NCBI GenBank assembly: GCA_964016885.1
Contig: OZ024742.1
Location: forward strand, 84,940,001 to 85,004,000
Length of the DNA: 64,000 bases
Reading direction: 5' to 3'
DNA from: Eledone cirrhosa
Lineage: Eukaryota
Part shown: positions 14,349-27,849 of the stretch, one piece after another
How the letters are laid out: every line of letters starts with the position of its first letter
Numbering within the stretch: position 1 is the stretch's first letter
Program-made: the position numbers and the translations under genes
Notes under the pieces: model-generated
Databases searched by the model: none
What the model was told of the DNA's origin: nothing
Seen by the model: the letters and a program-made list of their open reading frames with translations, nothing else

Positions 14349-14442
14349 ACCCCGACAGCTGAGCTCAAGCCGTCTCGACGGCTAATTCTGGACTAAATGA
14401 AAATTTATCCTGGTATTTAAATAGCCGATCTTCTCAAGGGGT
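14349..14442 (-). ncRNA. Hammerhead ribozyme motif, U3-A8 variant (family C)
   Basis: ACCCC TTGAGAA GATCGGCTA..TAGCCGTC GAGA CGGCT..AGCTG TC GGGGT. Sister copies at 52090-52190 have GAAA and a perfect CGGCT/AGCCG stem III. Confidence 0.7.
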
Positions 14443-15053
14443 AATTCCATATATGGTCAAAGTGATTGTCAAAAATCAGTAGTAATTCTGTGGTTGCGAA
14501 TTAGTAGTAATTCTGTGGTTGCGAATTAGTAGGGGAGATATATATATATAAATATTTCTTTGGATTTTAGTCTTCTAATTTATTATTATTACTGTATATA
14601 TATCCTCCCCCATTCTCAGCAAGCGGGAAGCTTATAATGTTGTGTAATATTGACGCCTGCGTTTGTCTGTTTGTCATTTTGAAATATATATGATTCAAGT
14701 AAAGAAATGTTGATTGATCAATTAATCGACCAGTCGTGATGTAAACAGACGTAAAGTATCAGACAGAGTGTCAATATTATAAAGAAACGAGACGGTTTAA
14801 TGTATACGTCCTCTATTTATTATATATTCCTGTTATACGTATTTATTTCAAAGACATCAAATTAATTTTATAATAACACATTGAACTCTTTTCATCGGAC
14901 AGTTGTTAAGTTGTAAGTGTTTTGTCTTTCATATGCCAACGTAGTTAGGCATAATATCTTAGTAGTCCGTCTACAATGGGCATATATAAAAAGTAAAAAC
15001 TAACGATATATATCTATTCTACACTTCATTTATTCAGAATTTCTTCTTAACGC

Positions 15054-15104
<51 letters not shown>

Positions 15105-15213
15105 TAAACGGAATAGAAAATGCTGACAAATTGTTCACAGTTGAAAAATGGTTTAATTAGGAATAAAAGAGTATTAGTGATTGTATGGGTTAGTATTCAG
15201 TTGTGGTTTTAAG

Positions 15214-15250
<37 letters not shown>

Positions 15251-16662
15251 ATATATATATATTTGTATCCGTATATGTTTGACGGCTGAGAGAACAGAGT
15301 ATTGAAAACAGATTTACCACAATAAATAAACACACACACATATATGCATACATACACGGCATGCATATATATATATATAAACATATATGGATATGTGTGT
15401 GTAAGTTTGTGTCTGTGCGTGTGTTTGTGTGTGGAAAGAAAGAGTGTAACAGATGGGCAAACATGCATTGCAGATATTTTGGAATACTCTTTCATACGAT
15501 GACATCTGTCAGAAATTTACAAATGATTTTGGATAGCTTTTCTTGAAAGGAATGTTTGGATTCAGTCATGACAAATCCATTCAAGCTTTAGAAACGTTTC
15601 ACTTCCTGAAAATATTTAGGATGATCCAAGTGAATCAATGATAGAATACATAACTGCCACCCACAATTTTCCTAATAAGTTCATATGTCAAAAACAAAAT
15701 AAATTCCCCCCAAAACAACAAAAAAACACGAACACACAAAAAATCAACAAAAACAACAAATAACATTTTCTTTTATCGTTTCATCACGTGTTATTTAAAA
15801 GAAGTGCTCGCTGACATTACAATATGATTACTGTCCGTGTAGACATTCTGTGGTTGGCTTGTGATGTCTCGTCAGTTATGTTTAGAAGAAACACTTATTT
15901 ATAACGTCTTTGTAGAAGTTATATAATTCGTAATCAACAGGACACCTTATGTTTCTTCAGTTATACACAATCGTGTATACCTTCATCGACGAATAATCAG
16001 AAAATCGTTATTATTCGTTCAATATAGTGAAGCATACGAACCAAATAGCAAACTACATCTCTGCTCACATTGATTGAAAAGGAAATGTCCTACCGCTAAT
16101 TTCGACTGAATTTGTCTGAAATATGTTACAGACATAATAAAAAGCAAACAAGCAATACAGAAGTTAGTAATAGATTCAAATTTTCAACTTAACGTGAATT
16201 TGTTGATTAACACCACAAAAACGAAAACATATGTTTATATAACTGGCTGCTCACCAATTCTACCAATTTCATACCATTAGAAGTCGCCGCATGGTTAACT
16301 CAGAACTAAAGATCAAAGGCACAGAATACAATTAACACTCATTGAAATTTCACTTAGCAGACGATCGCCATGGTGTAGTTTTTGTATATATCTTGACTGG
16401 TGATGGCCCATTTAGCTTATATGCTCAATGATTACAATGGTTTTAGTCATTTATTATTTAGCAGACTGTTATAAAAAAGAGGTAGATAAAACTACACTAG
16501 TATCTAGTGTTCAACAATGACATGTGATTCAGGTTTGGTTAAAAATTAAATCGCAGGATCATTTCCACTACTTTATTAGTGGGTGGAAAATATAAAAAGA
16601 CCATATGCATTTATGCATACCGAAAAACACACAATCATTCATATATATAAATATATATATAT

Positions 16663-17880
16663 AAGAAATTAAGTCCATAGAATCATTTGATAAAATATAT
16701 AAGTATTTCCCCTCCCAATCAGCATAATTAACCACACAAAAGATCAATTAAACGAGGCTACAAGTTTAAAATGTACCTATGAAGAAACAATAGATAAATC
16801 AATGATACCTATTTTATCCGCGATCAACACCCACAGAAGATTTACCTAGTATTTCTAATAGCCCGTAGAAATTGCTTAGACATATAGCCTACCATACACA
16901 ATTAGGTACAAAATCAAAGTTAGAAGAACAAATGTACATAAACATAGCAAAATTATGTTTCTACCCGCTGAGGTTTCATTCTCTTTTTGAATATATGCGA
17001 TCATGGATAAATCAACGAGTTTCGAAATCATCAGGAAACAATCTCAATTGGACAAAGATTTTTCTTAAATGATCCCCGCCAGAAACGAATTCAAAATAGC
17101 TAAGAATTGTCACATGGACAGTAGTCAAGTCAAAACGCTTGTGATTGGTGCCTGACGGCTAGTAGGCTGGTTGCTATAAATCGCAGCCGTATACTGCCTA
17201 AATGTTTTACTCAACCATACGGGAGTATATAAAATATATAGGTTTACACATATATAACTAGACAGAGGCATAGATATATATGTATATGTGTTTTTGGCAA
17301 CCTTTCACGGTGTGGCTTAATGACGAATTAATTTATTAAATAATCAACAATCAGAGCAATATATAAGAAAGTAAGTCCATGGAATCATTTGATAAAATAA
17401 ATACAATCAGCATAATTAACCACACAAAAATGAATTAAACGAGGCTATGAGTTTAAAATGTACCTATGAAGAAACATATGTTAATGTATATTTTTTATTC
17501 TAAATTTGATTTTGTACCTAATTGTGTATAGTAGGTTATATGTATAATCAATTTCTACGGGCTATTAGAAATACTAGGTAAACCTTCTGTGGCTGTTGAT
17601 CGCGGTTAAATAGCTATCATTTATTTATCTATTGTTTCTTCATAGATAGATTTTAAACTTGTAGCCTCGTTTAATTGATTTTTTATGTGGCTAATTATGG
17701 TGATTGGAGAAATAGTGTATATATTTTATCAAATGATTCTATGGACTTACTTTCATATATATTGCTCTGATTTTGATTATTTAATTAATTAATTCGTCAT
17801 TGAGCCACACCGTGAATGGTTGCGAAAAACACACATATATCTATATATATCTATGCCTCTGCCTAGTTTATGTATATGTA
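16663..17880. mobile_element. ~700-nt hammerhead-bearing element with wrap-around and inverted partial copy (family B)
   Basis: AAGAAA(T/G)TAAGTCCAT recurs at 16663 and 17365; 17500-17880 is the reverse complement spanning that junction; flanked by TA tracts. Confidence 0.7.
16956..17040 (-). ncRNA. Type I hammerhead ribozyme motif (family B)
   Basis: TGTTTC CTGATGA T-TTC..(long loop)..GAA-T GAAA CC-TCAGCG-GG TA GAAACA; 6-bp stem I. Confidence 0.75.
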
Positions 17881-17887
17881 AATATAT

Positions 17888-17928
<41 letters not shown>

Positions 17929-17931
<3 letters not shown>

Positions 17932-18300
17932 GTATATATAATGTATTTTGCAATACACTTTATGCTTAATTAAAAGCATTTTGAAAACCGTATGCTATTG
18001 TTTTAGAGTAGTGACAAACTCACTTACTTTAATCTCAGCAAACAAGGGGAGATAAGCCGACAAGGCCTTGTTTCGCATTTATTGATGCTTATCAAGGCTA
18101 ACTACTCCCTCCTGTCTACTGAGATCACTGATGTTATATTCTTATAGAATTCTAGTAAATAATCAGGAACTGATTATACAGAGCGGTTGCCGGTCAGGCA
18201 GAAATTAAAAATTAGAATTGGAGCTCTGAAATAGCAATATATATATATGAATGTATATATAATGTATTTTGCAATACACTTTATGCTTAATTAAAAGCAT
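17929..18300 (-). mobile_element. ~320-nt retrozyme-like unit (family A) with wrap-around; hammerhead motif 18055..18099
   Basis: Start sequence repeats at 18250 (period 321). AGCC TTGATAA GCAT-CAATAA-ATGC GAAA CAAGGCCTTG TC GGCT; palindromic stem III. Confidence 0.75.
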
Positions 18301-18485
18301 ATATATATATATTTATATACTACCAGCATTAAATTATAGATGTCATTTCTGAGAATATCAGAAGCTTGCGCCATACTACCTGTGGAATAAGCTCAAATAT
18401 TCCAAGTAGTAAATTCGAGTATTTACATTAATTAAAATAAAAAAGTTTAATGGCACACGCACAGACACAGACACACCCATACACT

Positions 18486-18582
<97 letters not shown>

Positions 18583-18584
<2 letters not shown>

Positions 18585-19208
18585 AAAAATGAAATTTCAT
18601 TTCTCACTCTTAATGTGGCTGATACTTAAATATAAGTATGTATACGTATAAACATATATGTATACAGACGTACAGTAGTATGTATATACATACATACATG
18701 CACACACATATATATATGTATATGTACGTATGGGTTTACCGAACCTTTATTATAATGCTGGGCTTGTTTGTAAACAAACAGCCCGAAATATTAACCATAC
18801 AGTGTTCGACAACCATCGTTGCCCTTTTGTTCAACACTGACAAAGGAATGATGAACTAGTTTCTAGCTTATTAGCTGTCATCAGCACCGTATACCTTCCT
18901 GTCAGTCGATTGAACGTTTGAAAGTATATACTTTCCTTATGCATATTAACGGCTGAGCAGCCTAATTTGCATATCGAGTGAGTTAGTCGGCCGGGTGTAC
19001 CGAAAACGACAAACGGGCTGTTTGTTTACAAACAAACCGACCAGTATAATAAATGTTCGGTAAACCCATACGTACATATATATATGTGTGCATGTATGTA
19101 TGTATATACATACTACTGTACGTCTGTATACATATATGTATGTACGTATACATACTTATATTTAGGTATCAGCCGTACTAAGAGTGAGAAATGAAATTTC
19201 ATTTTTTC
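18583..19208. mobile_element. Element with ~200-bp inverted arms and internal hammerhead motif 18849..18889 (-) (family D)
   Basis: 18583-18785 is inverted at 19014-19208. GGTG CTGATGA CAGCT-AATA-AGCTA GAAA CTAG TT CATC. Homologous to 59690-59985. Confidence 0.7.
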
Positions 19209-19384
19209 CTAACTACTGCCATGAGTGACATGTCGACGTGACTATCTCCAGTCGAGTCTATCTCGGCCGAGGCCGCTGAATGATATATATATATTTTTTT
19301 TAATCGATTGACTTTCGTCAAATCGGACCGAGGAAACAATGTTTCCGTCGGTCTTTCCAGTTGCTAATACTATCTATCGGTCGC

Positions 19385-19514
19385 AACTCCAGGTAGAAGG
19401 AGCAACGTGAAAGAAAGTGTCTTGCTCAAAGACATAACGTATCGCCCGGTCCGGCAATCGAACTTACAACCTCAAGACTGCGAATCCAATTCTCTAACCA
19501 CTCAGCCACACGCC
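19385..19514 (-). mobile_element. tRNA-derived SINE head
   Basis: Minus strand GGCGTGTGGCTGAGTGGTTAG (A box) ..GTTCGATTG (B box), then GTCTTTGAGCAAGACACTT. Confidence 0.7.
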
Positions 19515-20137
19515 AAATATACTATACATATATTCATATATATATATGAATGTATGTATAGTACATTTAGAAATATACCGGCTGTTTAATTAAAGAAATT
19601 TAGAAGACCATACGCTATCAGTTTTAAAGTAGTGTTTTTGAGAGTGTTCACTTAGGCCTACTTCAGAAACATGTTCTAGGTGGATAGATCGCACACCCTT
19701 ACTAGATTGCCTATCAATCTTCTAAGTATAATTTTATTGAGAACATTGAAGGCAACATCATTTGAAAGAGTAATACCCTAATCAGTACTACAGTGGTCAG
19801 AAGTTTTACATTCAGTCTTAGCCATTTCAGTAGCGAAACATAAAACATCATTCTATTTCCTCCTCTCACTTTCCCAGACTGCACGTGGTAGAAGAATGGT
19901 CCAATAAATAAGGAAGCGGTTGCGTGCGAAAACGCATCTTTATTTACTCCAGTGCAGATTTCAGAGTACATAGATCTACTCATGTAATCATATAATCTTG
20001 CAGAAAATGCGAACAACCTGAGAAGTGTGCGAGGATGGAATTTGTTTACACCTTATAATAAATAGCGGTCCTCTGAATTTGTATTGTAAATATTCCGATC
20101 TGAAAATAATACGTTTTTTTATCTCTCTCGCTTTCTT

Positions 20138-20191
<54 letters not shown>

Positions 20192-20204
20192 ACCTATCGC
20201 CGTA

Positions 20205-20385
20205 TATTGATTAAAGAAATTAAAGAAATTAGTTAGCCTGATAGTGGGGTTAAGAACCCTCGGAGTAATGGAAAAAGATGAGTATTGACGTCCCATGTAC
20301 GTCAATACTCATATTTTTCCATTTCTCCCAGGGTTCTTAACCCCACTATAAGGCTACATAATTTCTTTAATTTCTTTAGTCAAAA
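20205..20385. repeat. Foldback between TA tracts; related copies at 22875-22991 and 53320-53390 carry a tRNA-like B box
   Basis: Arms 20215-20290 and 20299-20372 are inverted; the minus strand of 22950-22990 reads GTGGGTTCGACTCCCA. Confidence 0.6.
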
Positions 20386-22686
20386 CCCGCCCGCTGTTTC
20401 GAAATTTTTCTTACTATATATATATATATATATACATATATGTGTGTGTAGTTATACACATGGATATAAACATATATACTTATATATAGTACCTATACAT
20501 ATAAATATATAATACATATAAGTATGCATCCCCATATATTTATAAATATAGATAAATATATATCCGTGTGTGTGTATGGGTGTGTATCTGACTATGCCTC
20601 TGCGTGTGTATGTGCATGGTAGTTTGTATGTAACCGCACTGGTATTAATTGATCTTATTATACTCCGACGATGAAATATGTGGTAGTAGTAAAGAGATTT
20701 AGAACATCAGCTGCAACATTAATAGTAGTAGAAGATAGGATATTTAACTGCCTTACATTCAAATTGTTCTCCATATATCTGTAACACGTACACACACACT
20801 GATACCATGCTGAATCCTAAACTGATTATGCAATCTCATGATTTTGCCACATACATACTAAGAGGCTGTAATATATTGGTATCAGAGAATGAATTAGATT
20901 CTACTATAAAAAAAAAAAATCACTAGACATTATTATCCTTTCGCACACATACACATACAACAACAACCACATAAACACACCGATATTTTCATCCACACAC
21001 CAACGCAAACATACCGGCACATACACTCACGCAAACACTCACACACATACATACGCGCGCACACACACACAATCACATACACTCACACACAGACATACAC
21101 ACACACATACACACACACACACATACACACACACACACTCATGCCGATCTAGTGTCTGAAATATTTACATACATAGCAACAATGTAAATATTTGTTTGAT
21201 CGGGAATCGAAAAAGGTCAGAAAGAACTCTGTAAAACATCTGACGTTCAATATAGAAGATTAAAATATAGGAAAAGTAGAGTAAAACTATAAAAGAAGAA
21301 GTAGCTAATCGTATAACATTAAATGAAATGAGTTATCGCATCATTTCATTTAAATTTTCATTAGCAGCAATAATACCAACGAAGCAGAAGAAATAAAGAT
21401 TATAACCATTGGGTGCAGATTGATTAAAATACGCAATCCTGGATGAAAAGAACTTTCCAGAGAAATTAATTTCAATTCCCATTAACCTATTTCCCAGCAC
21501 TATAAAAAGGAAGAAGATAACATAACACTGTCGTTGAAAGAACGCTGTACACGGTAAAATCCAATATTTATATAAAAAGAAAAGATATTGCTAACAATTT
21601 TAGACCAACCTATATTAGTTCAAACGATAGAAATATCGAGGACCCTGTATGCAGTTACATAAGAGTCAAGTAAAGAACATTAAAGAGAAATTTATTCCAC
21701 TTCAGATTAACCTGTATACAGAAGCATGGAATGAAGGAAGGAGAAATAAATATTTTGCTGAAAGACCGCCATTTTCAGTAAAACAATATATGTAAGGAGA
21801 TAATTCTTACAATATTAATAGTTCTATCTATCACTAGCTCAATTTATATGGATATTGAGTAACCTTCTTTCAGATATGTAAGAATATTGAAGCGGTATTT
21901 AGTAAAAGTGAAAACCTTATATACATTGAACGGATCGGCAGTAGAGGAAATAAAATTTCTTGTAAAACGATATCGTTACAGAACAAAGTCTAAAAACAAT
22001 TCGCTATTCTATGCAGCAACGAGATAACCTGCAAGATGTCTATAGGCCCGGTAGGAACACTAGCGAATTATCCTTGAAATAAAAGAAAACATCTAACAGC
22101 AGCAACGCCGAAAACACTAAGAATAAATCGCAACAACAACAATTGCATGCGTACAATCCGTACATAAACCATTCCCTTTGCACATAAATCGTCTCATTCG
22201 GATTTTAATTTACTCTTTGTACTCGAAACAAAAGGTACGCTTCCTTGAGACTAACAATATCATTTTGTATATGTCACAACCAGCCATTTCTAACAGATTA
22301 CTAAGTTAAGTTACGGTATTAATGACATCTACAAAGGTTACCAATCCATATAAACAAAATCAGGAATTTTCAATATGAATGACATCTACAAAACTACATT
22401 TTGTTACAAGAAACGATACGTATCTATAGCACAATATTGTATGATGGACACAGGCATCCTTATACACTTGGAGGCTATGAAGAAAACAGAATATTGCTCT
22501 CTCCACTACTCACTCTCATTTATAGCCATATAGATGTGGTCATACCTATAGATACAGACACCCATACACAGGCAGAGCGACGCAACATTAACGCACCACC
22601 GTAATCATGAGAAAAATTTATCACATCCACTTAGAAAAGTAATGTAGATATGGCAGTGTCATTTTACTGGAGCGCCGCACTCTGTG

Positions 22687-22725
<39 letters not shown>

Positions 22726-22988
22726 TCTGTGTATGTATATATAAATGTATATATACACATACACAGAGTGTATATATATATACAAGCAAATATTAAATGT
22801 AAACATGTAAGTATGTTTTTGAAACGGTGCGTAAGTTTGAAATTAGAAATTAGAAATTATAAGCTTTCACCGTATTTTAGACTAAATAAATTTCTAGCCT
22901 GATAGTGGGGTTTATAACCTTCGGAGAAATGGAAAAAGATGAGTGTTGCCGTACATGGGAGTCGAACCCACATCTTTGGTTATCCAGA

Positions 22989-23030
<42 letters not shown>

Positions 23031-23033
<3 letters not shown>

Positions 23034-23452
23034 TGTATGTATAGTATATTTGGTAATATAGCGTATGTATAATTAAAAACATTTTGAAAACCTTGTGCTA
23101 TCATTTTAAAGTAGTGACTATGTCACTTACTTCTTTTTTCAGCAAAGGAAGGGAGAGAAGGTGACACATTCTGTTTCACACTATTGGTGTTCTTCTGAGC
23201 AACGTACTCGCGGACTTCTGCCGCAAATTATGTAGGCTGGATTCTTATAGAATTACAGTTATAAGTAGGAACTGATTATACAGCGATTGCCGGTCCAGCA
23301 AAAATTAAAAATTAGAATTGTTCCTCTGAAATAGCGATATATACACGAATGTATGTATAATATGTATGTTTTTAATTAAACATACAGTATATTACCAAAT
23401 ATACTATACATACATTCATGTCTACATCGCTATTTCAGAGCACCAATCCTAA
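23031..23452 (-). mobile_element. Family A copy (period 316) with inverted partial arm and decayed hammerhead
   Basis: Shares TTGCCGGTC..GCA.AAATTA..CTCTGAAATAGCGAT with the 18xxx and 39xxx copies; CAGAAGA ACAC-CAATA-GTGT GAAA CAGAATGTG TC. Confidence 0.65.
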
Positions 23453-23661
23453 TATATATATATATATAAGAAAAAGGGATATTTAATTGTTGGTGATGTT
23501 AAATAAATTGAAACTAGATTTATAAAACCATATTTATTCTATTATATATATTTTAAGGGTACCAAAACTTTGGTACGCTCTCATCAGATAAAATACAAAG
23601 TTTATTTTATAAATATTGACATAAGCAGGAAGATCTTAACGTTTCAATATATATATATATT

Positions 23662-23907
23662 TAACGAAGGAAGTGTGGTACGGAACCAGATGGACCATAA
23701 CGCATCAGAGTACTAATTATTAGGGTAGTAGAGTTGGTAATAGGAAAATGTTTTAAACCCCGACGGCAGTTTCGACGGCTATTTCTTGAGCTTTGCCGTC
23801 GGGGTCTTTAAGGAGATCATTTTCCTATTACCCACTCTACTACCCTTAGGATTGAGTACTCTGGTGCGTTATGGTCCATCTTGTTCCTTACCACACATCC
23901 TTCGTTA
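23662..23907. repeat. Family C foldback between TA tracts
   Basis: 23662-23750 is inverted at 23819-23907; homologous to 51997-52196. Confidence 0.75.
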
Positions 23908-23989
23908 TATATATATATGCATACACAGAGTGTGGCGCTCCAGTAAAGTGAATATATAAAGTGAATATATAAAATATATATATATATAC

Positions 23990-24470
23990 GTAATCTGAGT
24001 TTTTCGAATATTAATAATAGTATTCGATTCGTTTGCAATTATGAATTCAGCCTCTTTTTTAAAGCCATGTCAGTTGAATGAGCCCCTCATTCTTGCTCCT
24101 GTGTTGGCATGTAACCAGAACTGCAGACACTAATGTTACTGGGTAATACCCTTCATCAGTACAGGTCATTGTTCATTTGCCAACTATCAGAGCTAGAGAA
24201 AATATATGTGACTGATCGGCTTGCTTTACATATTAGCAGAGTGGCTGATCAGTCAGATCTGCATATAAGCAGATCCACTGATCAGCCATATTTGCATATC
24301 AACAGACCGGCAAGTCAGTTTCCTGTATACGAGCGATTAATGGTCGGCTTTGCCAACACAAGAACAAGAATAAGAGGTTCATTCTATTGACATGGCTTTA
24401 AAAAAGAGGCTGTTTGCACAATTGCAAACGAATCGAATAATAATTTTAATATTTGAAAACCTTAGATCAC
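23990..24470. mobile_element. Element with diverged inverted arms and hammerhead-like motif 24121..24164 (-) (family E)
   Basis: Arms 23993-24109 and 24351-24467. CTGTA CTGATGA AGGGTA-T-TACCCA GTAA CATTAGTG TC TGCAG (GAAA replaced by GTAA). Confidence 0.6.
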
Positions 24471-25228
24471 ATTTATTGTATCCAGCCCTGTACAACGAAT
24501 TTTCATACATGCATAAAGACGGAGTTTTCTGTATGTGTGTGTATGTGTGTGTGGACAATTTTTAATGAGGGCTCATATATTCTAAACCATTCATGCGATT
24601 TCTTTGAAATTATTTTACAGAGCTTCTTACATGATCTACAAAGGCTTTCAAAAATAGATATTGGGGCCTTTGGAGACATTAACACAGTTTCGGTTATTTG
24701 TGTCAATTTTCGTCATTAAGTAAGACAAGAGTTATCTTTCGTAATTCGGCTCATTCGGATTTTAATTTACTCTTTGTAATTGAAACAAAAAGTACGCTTC
24801 CTTGAGACTAACAATATCATTTTGTATATTTCACAACCAGCAACTTCAAAACAGATTACTAAGTTAAGTTATAGATTTGACATTGTATAATTTATCGTTT
24901 CAACCTTGATGTTCATACATTAAGTGATGTCAGAACTTTTACAATATTATGCTTTGTACATATAGTATCTATTATTCACTTCACTTCTCCATTTCATGAT
25001 GCGCTTTTACTGTTGTCAAAAAAATTTATACCTAGACTGAATTTCTGTTGTTAATTGTTATAACTGATCACACCGATCTTACACATTAATTATTTCCCTG
25101 GAACAGTGCCTAAGGTTTTCATGTTTAAATAAAGTACGTTTTTCTTCTATGTATTCAAATTTACTTTGTGTAGTCTCAAGGGCTACATCGAAAGCTACTT
25201 GAACCGTCCAAAGGACGGGTAGTTTAGA

Positions 25229-25276
<48 letters not shown>

Positions 25277-25395
25277 AATGATGAAAGGCAAAAAAATAAG
25301 ACTCCAGTTGAATTTTCGATTTCATCCCTTTTTCTTTATACTTTCACTCGTGTAGGACACCTCGGTTATTTTTCAATTTGTAAAAAGAACCTCAC

Positions 25396-25431
<36 letters not shown>

Positions 25432-25435
<4 letters not shown>

Positions 25436-25922
25436 GTTTCTACTTTAGGCACAGGGCCAGCAAATTACCCAGTGCATTACTGGTACTTTATTTTATCGAC
25501 CCCGTATGGATGAAAGGCAAAGTCAACCTCGGCGGGATTTGAACTATATATTATATATATATATATAATTATTTCTACTTTAGGCACAAGGCCAGCAATT
25601 ACCCAGTGCATTACTGGTACTTTATTTTATCAACCCCGTAAGGATGAAAGGCAAAGTCAACCTCGGCGGGATTTGAACTATATATTATATAAATATATAA
25701 TTGTTTCTACTTTAGGCACAAGGCCAGCAATTACCCATTGCATTACTGGTACTTTATTTTATCGACCCCGTAAGGATGAAAGGCAAAGTCAACCTCGGCG
25801 GGATTTGAACTATATATTATATATATATATAATTGTTTGTACTTTAGGCACAAGGCCAGCAATTACCCAGTGCATTACTGGTACTTTATTTTGTCGACCC
25901 CTGTAAGGATGAAAGGCAAAGT
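25432..25922 (-). repeat. Four tandem partial copies (~130-bp period) of a tRNA-derived SINE
   Basis: Unit ..GGCACAAGGCCAGCAATTACCCAGTGCATTACTGGTAC..GGATGAAAGGCAAAGTCAACCTCGGCGGGATTTGAACT, separated by TA-rich spacers; longer copies at 38270-38440 and 48655-48838. Confidence 0.85.
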
Positions 25923-26263
25923 ATATATAATGAAAAGGGCTTAGCCCTATAGAAGCCATTTTTCTATTAAACTTGATGTTTACATTCTAAGAATGTTTTG
26001 GGTACCTTACTAACTGTGGTTACTAATGTTACCAATATATCACTAGAATGTAAATATCACACCGCACACACACACACACACTCACTCACACGCACACACA
26101 CATATACACACACACACGCGCACACACACAGACACGTATATATAGATATATAATTTAATTTAGTTTAATACATTTAATGGTTTCTAAGCTGGAGTACTTC
26201 ACTGCCGCGACGACTATAACAATGATAATGATGATTATTACAATTATTGTACTATCATTTTTA

Positions 26264-26270
<7 letters not shown>

Positions 26271-26328
<58 letters not shown>

Positions 26329-26407
26329 GACGCTGCTGCTGTTGCTTATGTTGCTGCTGTTGCTACTGTTGCTGCTGTTGCTGCTGTTGCTGCTGTGGCT
26401 GCTGCAG
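26271..26407. repeat. (CTA)n-(CTG/TTG)n microsatellite
   Basis: Direct sequence. Confidence 0.9.
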
Positions 26408-27849
26408 ATATTCTCGACGCAAGCTTCGCTGCGTTTGTAAAGAGTCCAGTTTGAAACAATTCCGTTTTTGCTTAGGCACATGATCAATACTGCTGATAGG
26501 CGCATTTCTTCTGCATGAGATAGATGCTTTTTGATAAGGAGAAAAAAAAACGATTCCAAAAACACAGTCACTACAAAGTGTCGTAGAATGGTGCAGGATT
26601 AATAAGCTTTCAGGAATGCAAATCCCAGAGTTTCCGGTTTCTGACTTGAAGATAATATTTCAAAAATTCACTGTTCTTTTAAAGGCAATGAACCCGAGGC
26701 ATTCTTCCTCACGCTGAGGAATGTAGCTGGATAAAAGAGCCGATTTCGTCGTTTCGTTGCTGCTGTGGCCGTTGTCGTCACCAGCCTCATTAGTGTCGTC
26801 GTATATATATATGCCATTGAGTCTGCCTCCCTGCATGCCTCCTTATAAATTACGATGACATACTGGAATGTTTTCAGTGAATAGATCGATTCTGCATGGG
26901 ACACAATCGTTTTCATTAAAAAGAAAACAGAAGATCACGCACACCAATCTGACTAGATGTTCTTTGGAGAGTACACGTACGTGTGGTGGTTGTACAACAG
27001 TTTAGCAGTGATGATGTTACCAACCTCAGCATAACAAAGACAGCTACACCAGAGCCGATTTCTAGAAAATGTTCATCACGTTATGTAAGACTGCTTCATT
27101 GTTCTTCTCGAAATGGGAATCTGACACGAAACTGTTATTGGTGACATTTATCTGGCCCTATTTCCAATGAGAGTATCAACTGCTGAGCGACATTCTACAT
27201 TCGTTGATGCAATGGTTCCGATGCCTAATCATACAGAGACTAGACATCGATGATATGACCAATTATGAGACGAAATAGACATCACGTAACTGTGTAACAA
27301 AACAGCCACAAAATATGGGACATAAATTGCCGAATAGAATTCTATAACCCACACAAAATAATTAGTAATTTAATTTGTAGAAAACAACATAATATATACA
27401 GCAGCCAAAGTTGTTTAAAAAAAAGTGGGCAGCACATTAGAACTACACAAAGAAAAAATAAAATATTACACATAATCATGGAAATCGATGAAACAAAAAA
27501 GATACTTTTCAATATTTAACTAAATAGCAGAGAAAACACAACTAGAAAAATAGAAGAAAATTATATATAATTGAATAGAAGACCATGGAAAGTAAGGAAT
27601 AACTTAAACAACAAGTATCTGCAACGGCATATGCTGAAGACCAGCAATATCGTCTCCCAGCCCCCCAAAAAATGAAACAGGAAATTAATAGGAACAGGTA
27701 AATGTAGTCCCAAAGTAAAAGAATTAGGAAAATTATTGGTGGGATTGCTGGCAGCAATAACCAGAACAACTATAAGATACCACCACGTATGAAGTGCCTA
27801 CCACTGCAAAATGGAAATAATTGAAGGTACCGCGACATGGCAAAATCCT

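Noticed and set aside
15115-15162. CTGACAA..GAAA..TA motif (also at 62928 and 63417)
   Set aside because: C3.A8 mismatch and stem I out of register; unresolved.
20235-20275. CTGATAG..GGGG/CCCT hammerhead-like motif
   Set aside because: Core is non-canonical and stems I and III do not form.
22945-22991. tRNA gene
   Set aside because: Only a T-arm/B-box-like portion within a repeat; no cloverleaf.
25432-25922. Regular repeat array as a CRISPR
   Set aside because: Units are ~115-bp SINE fragments with non-unique TA spacers; eukaryotic context; no cas genes.
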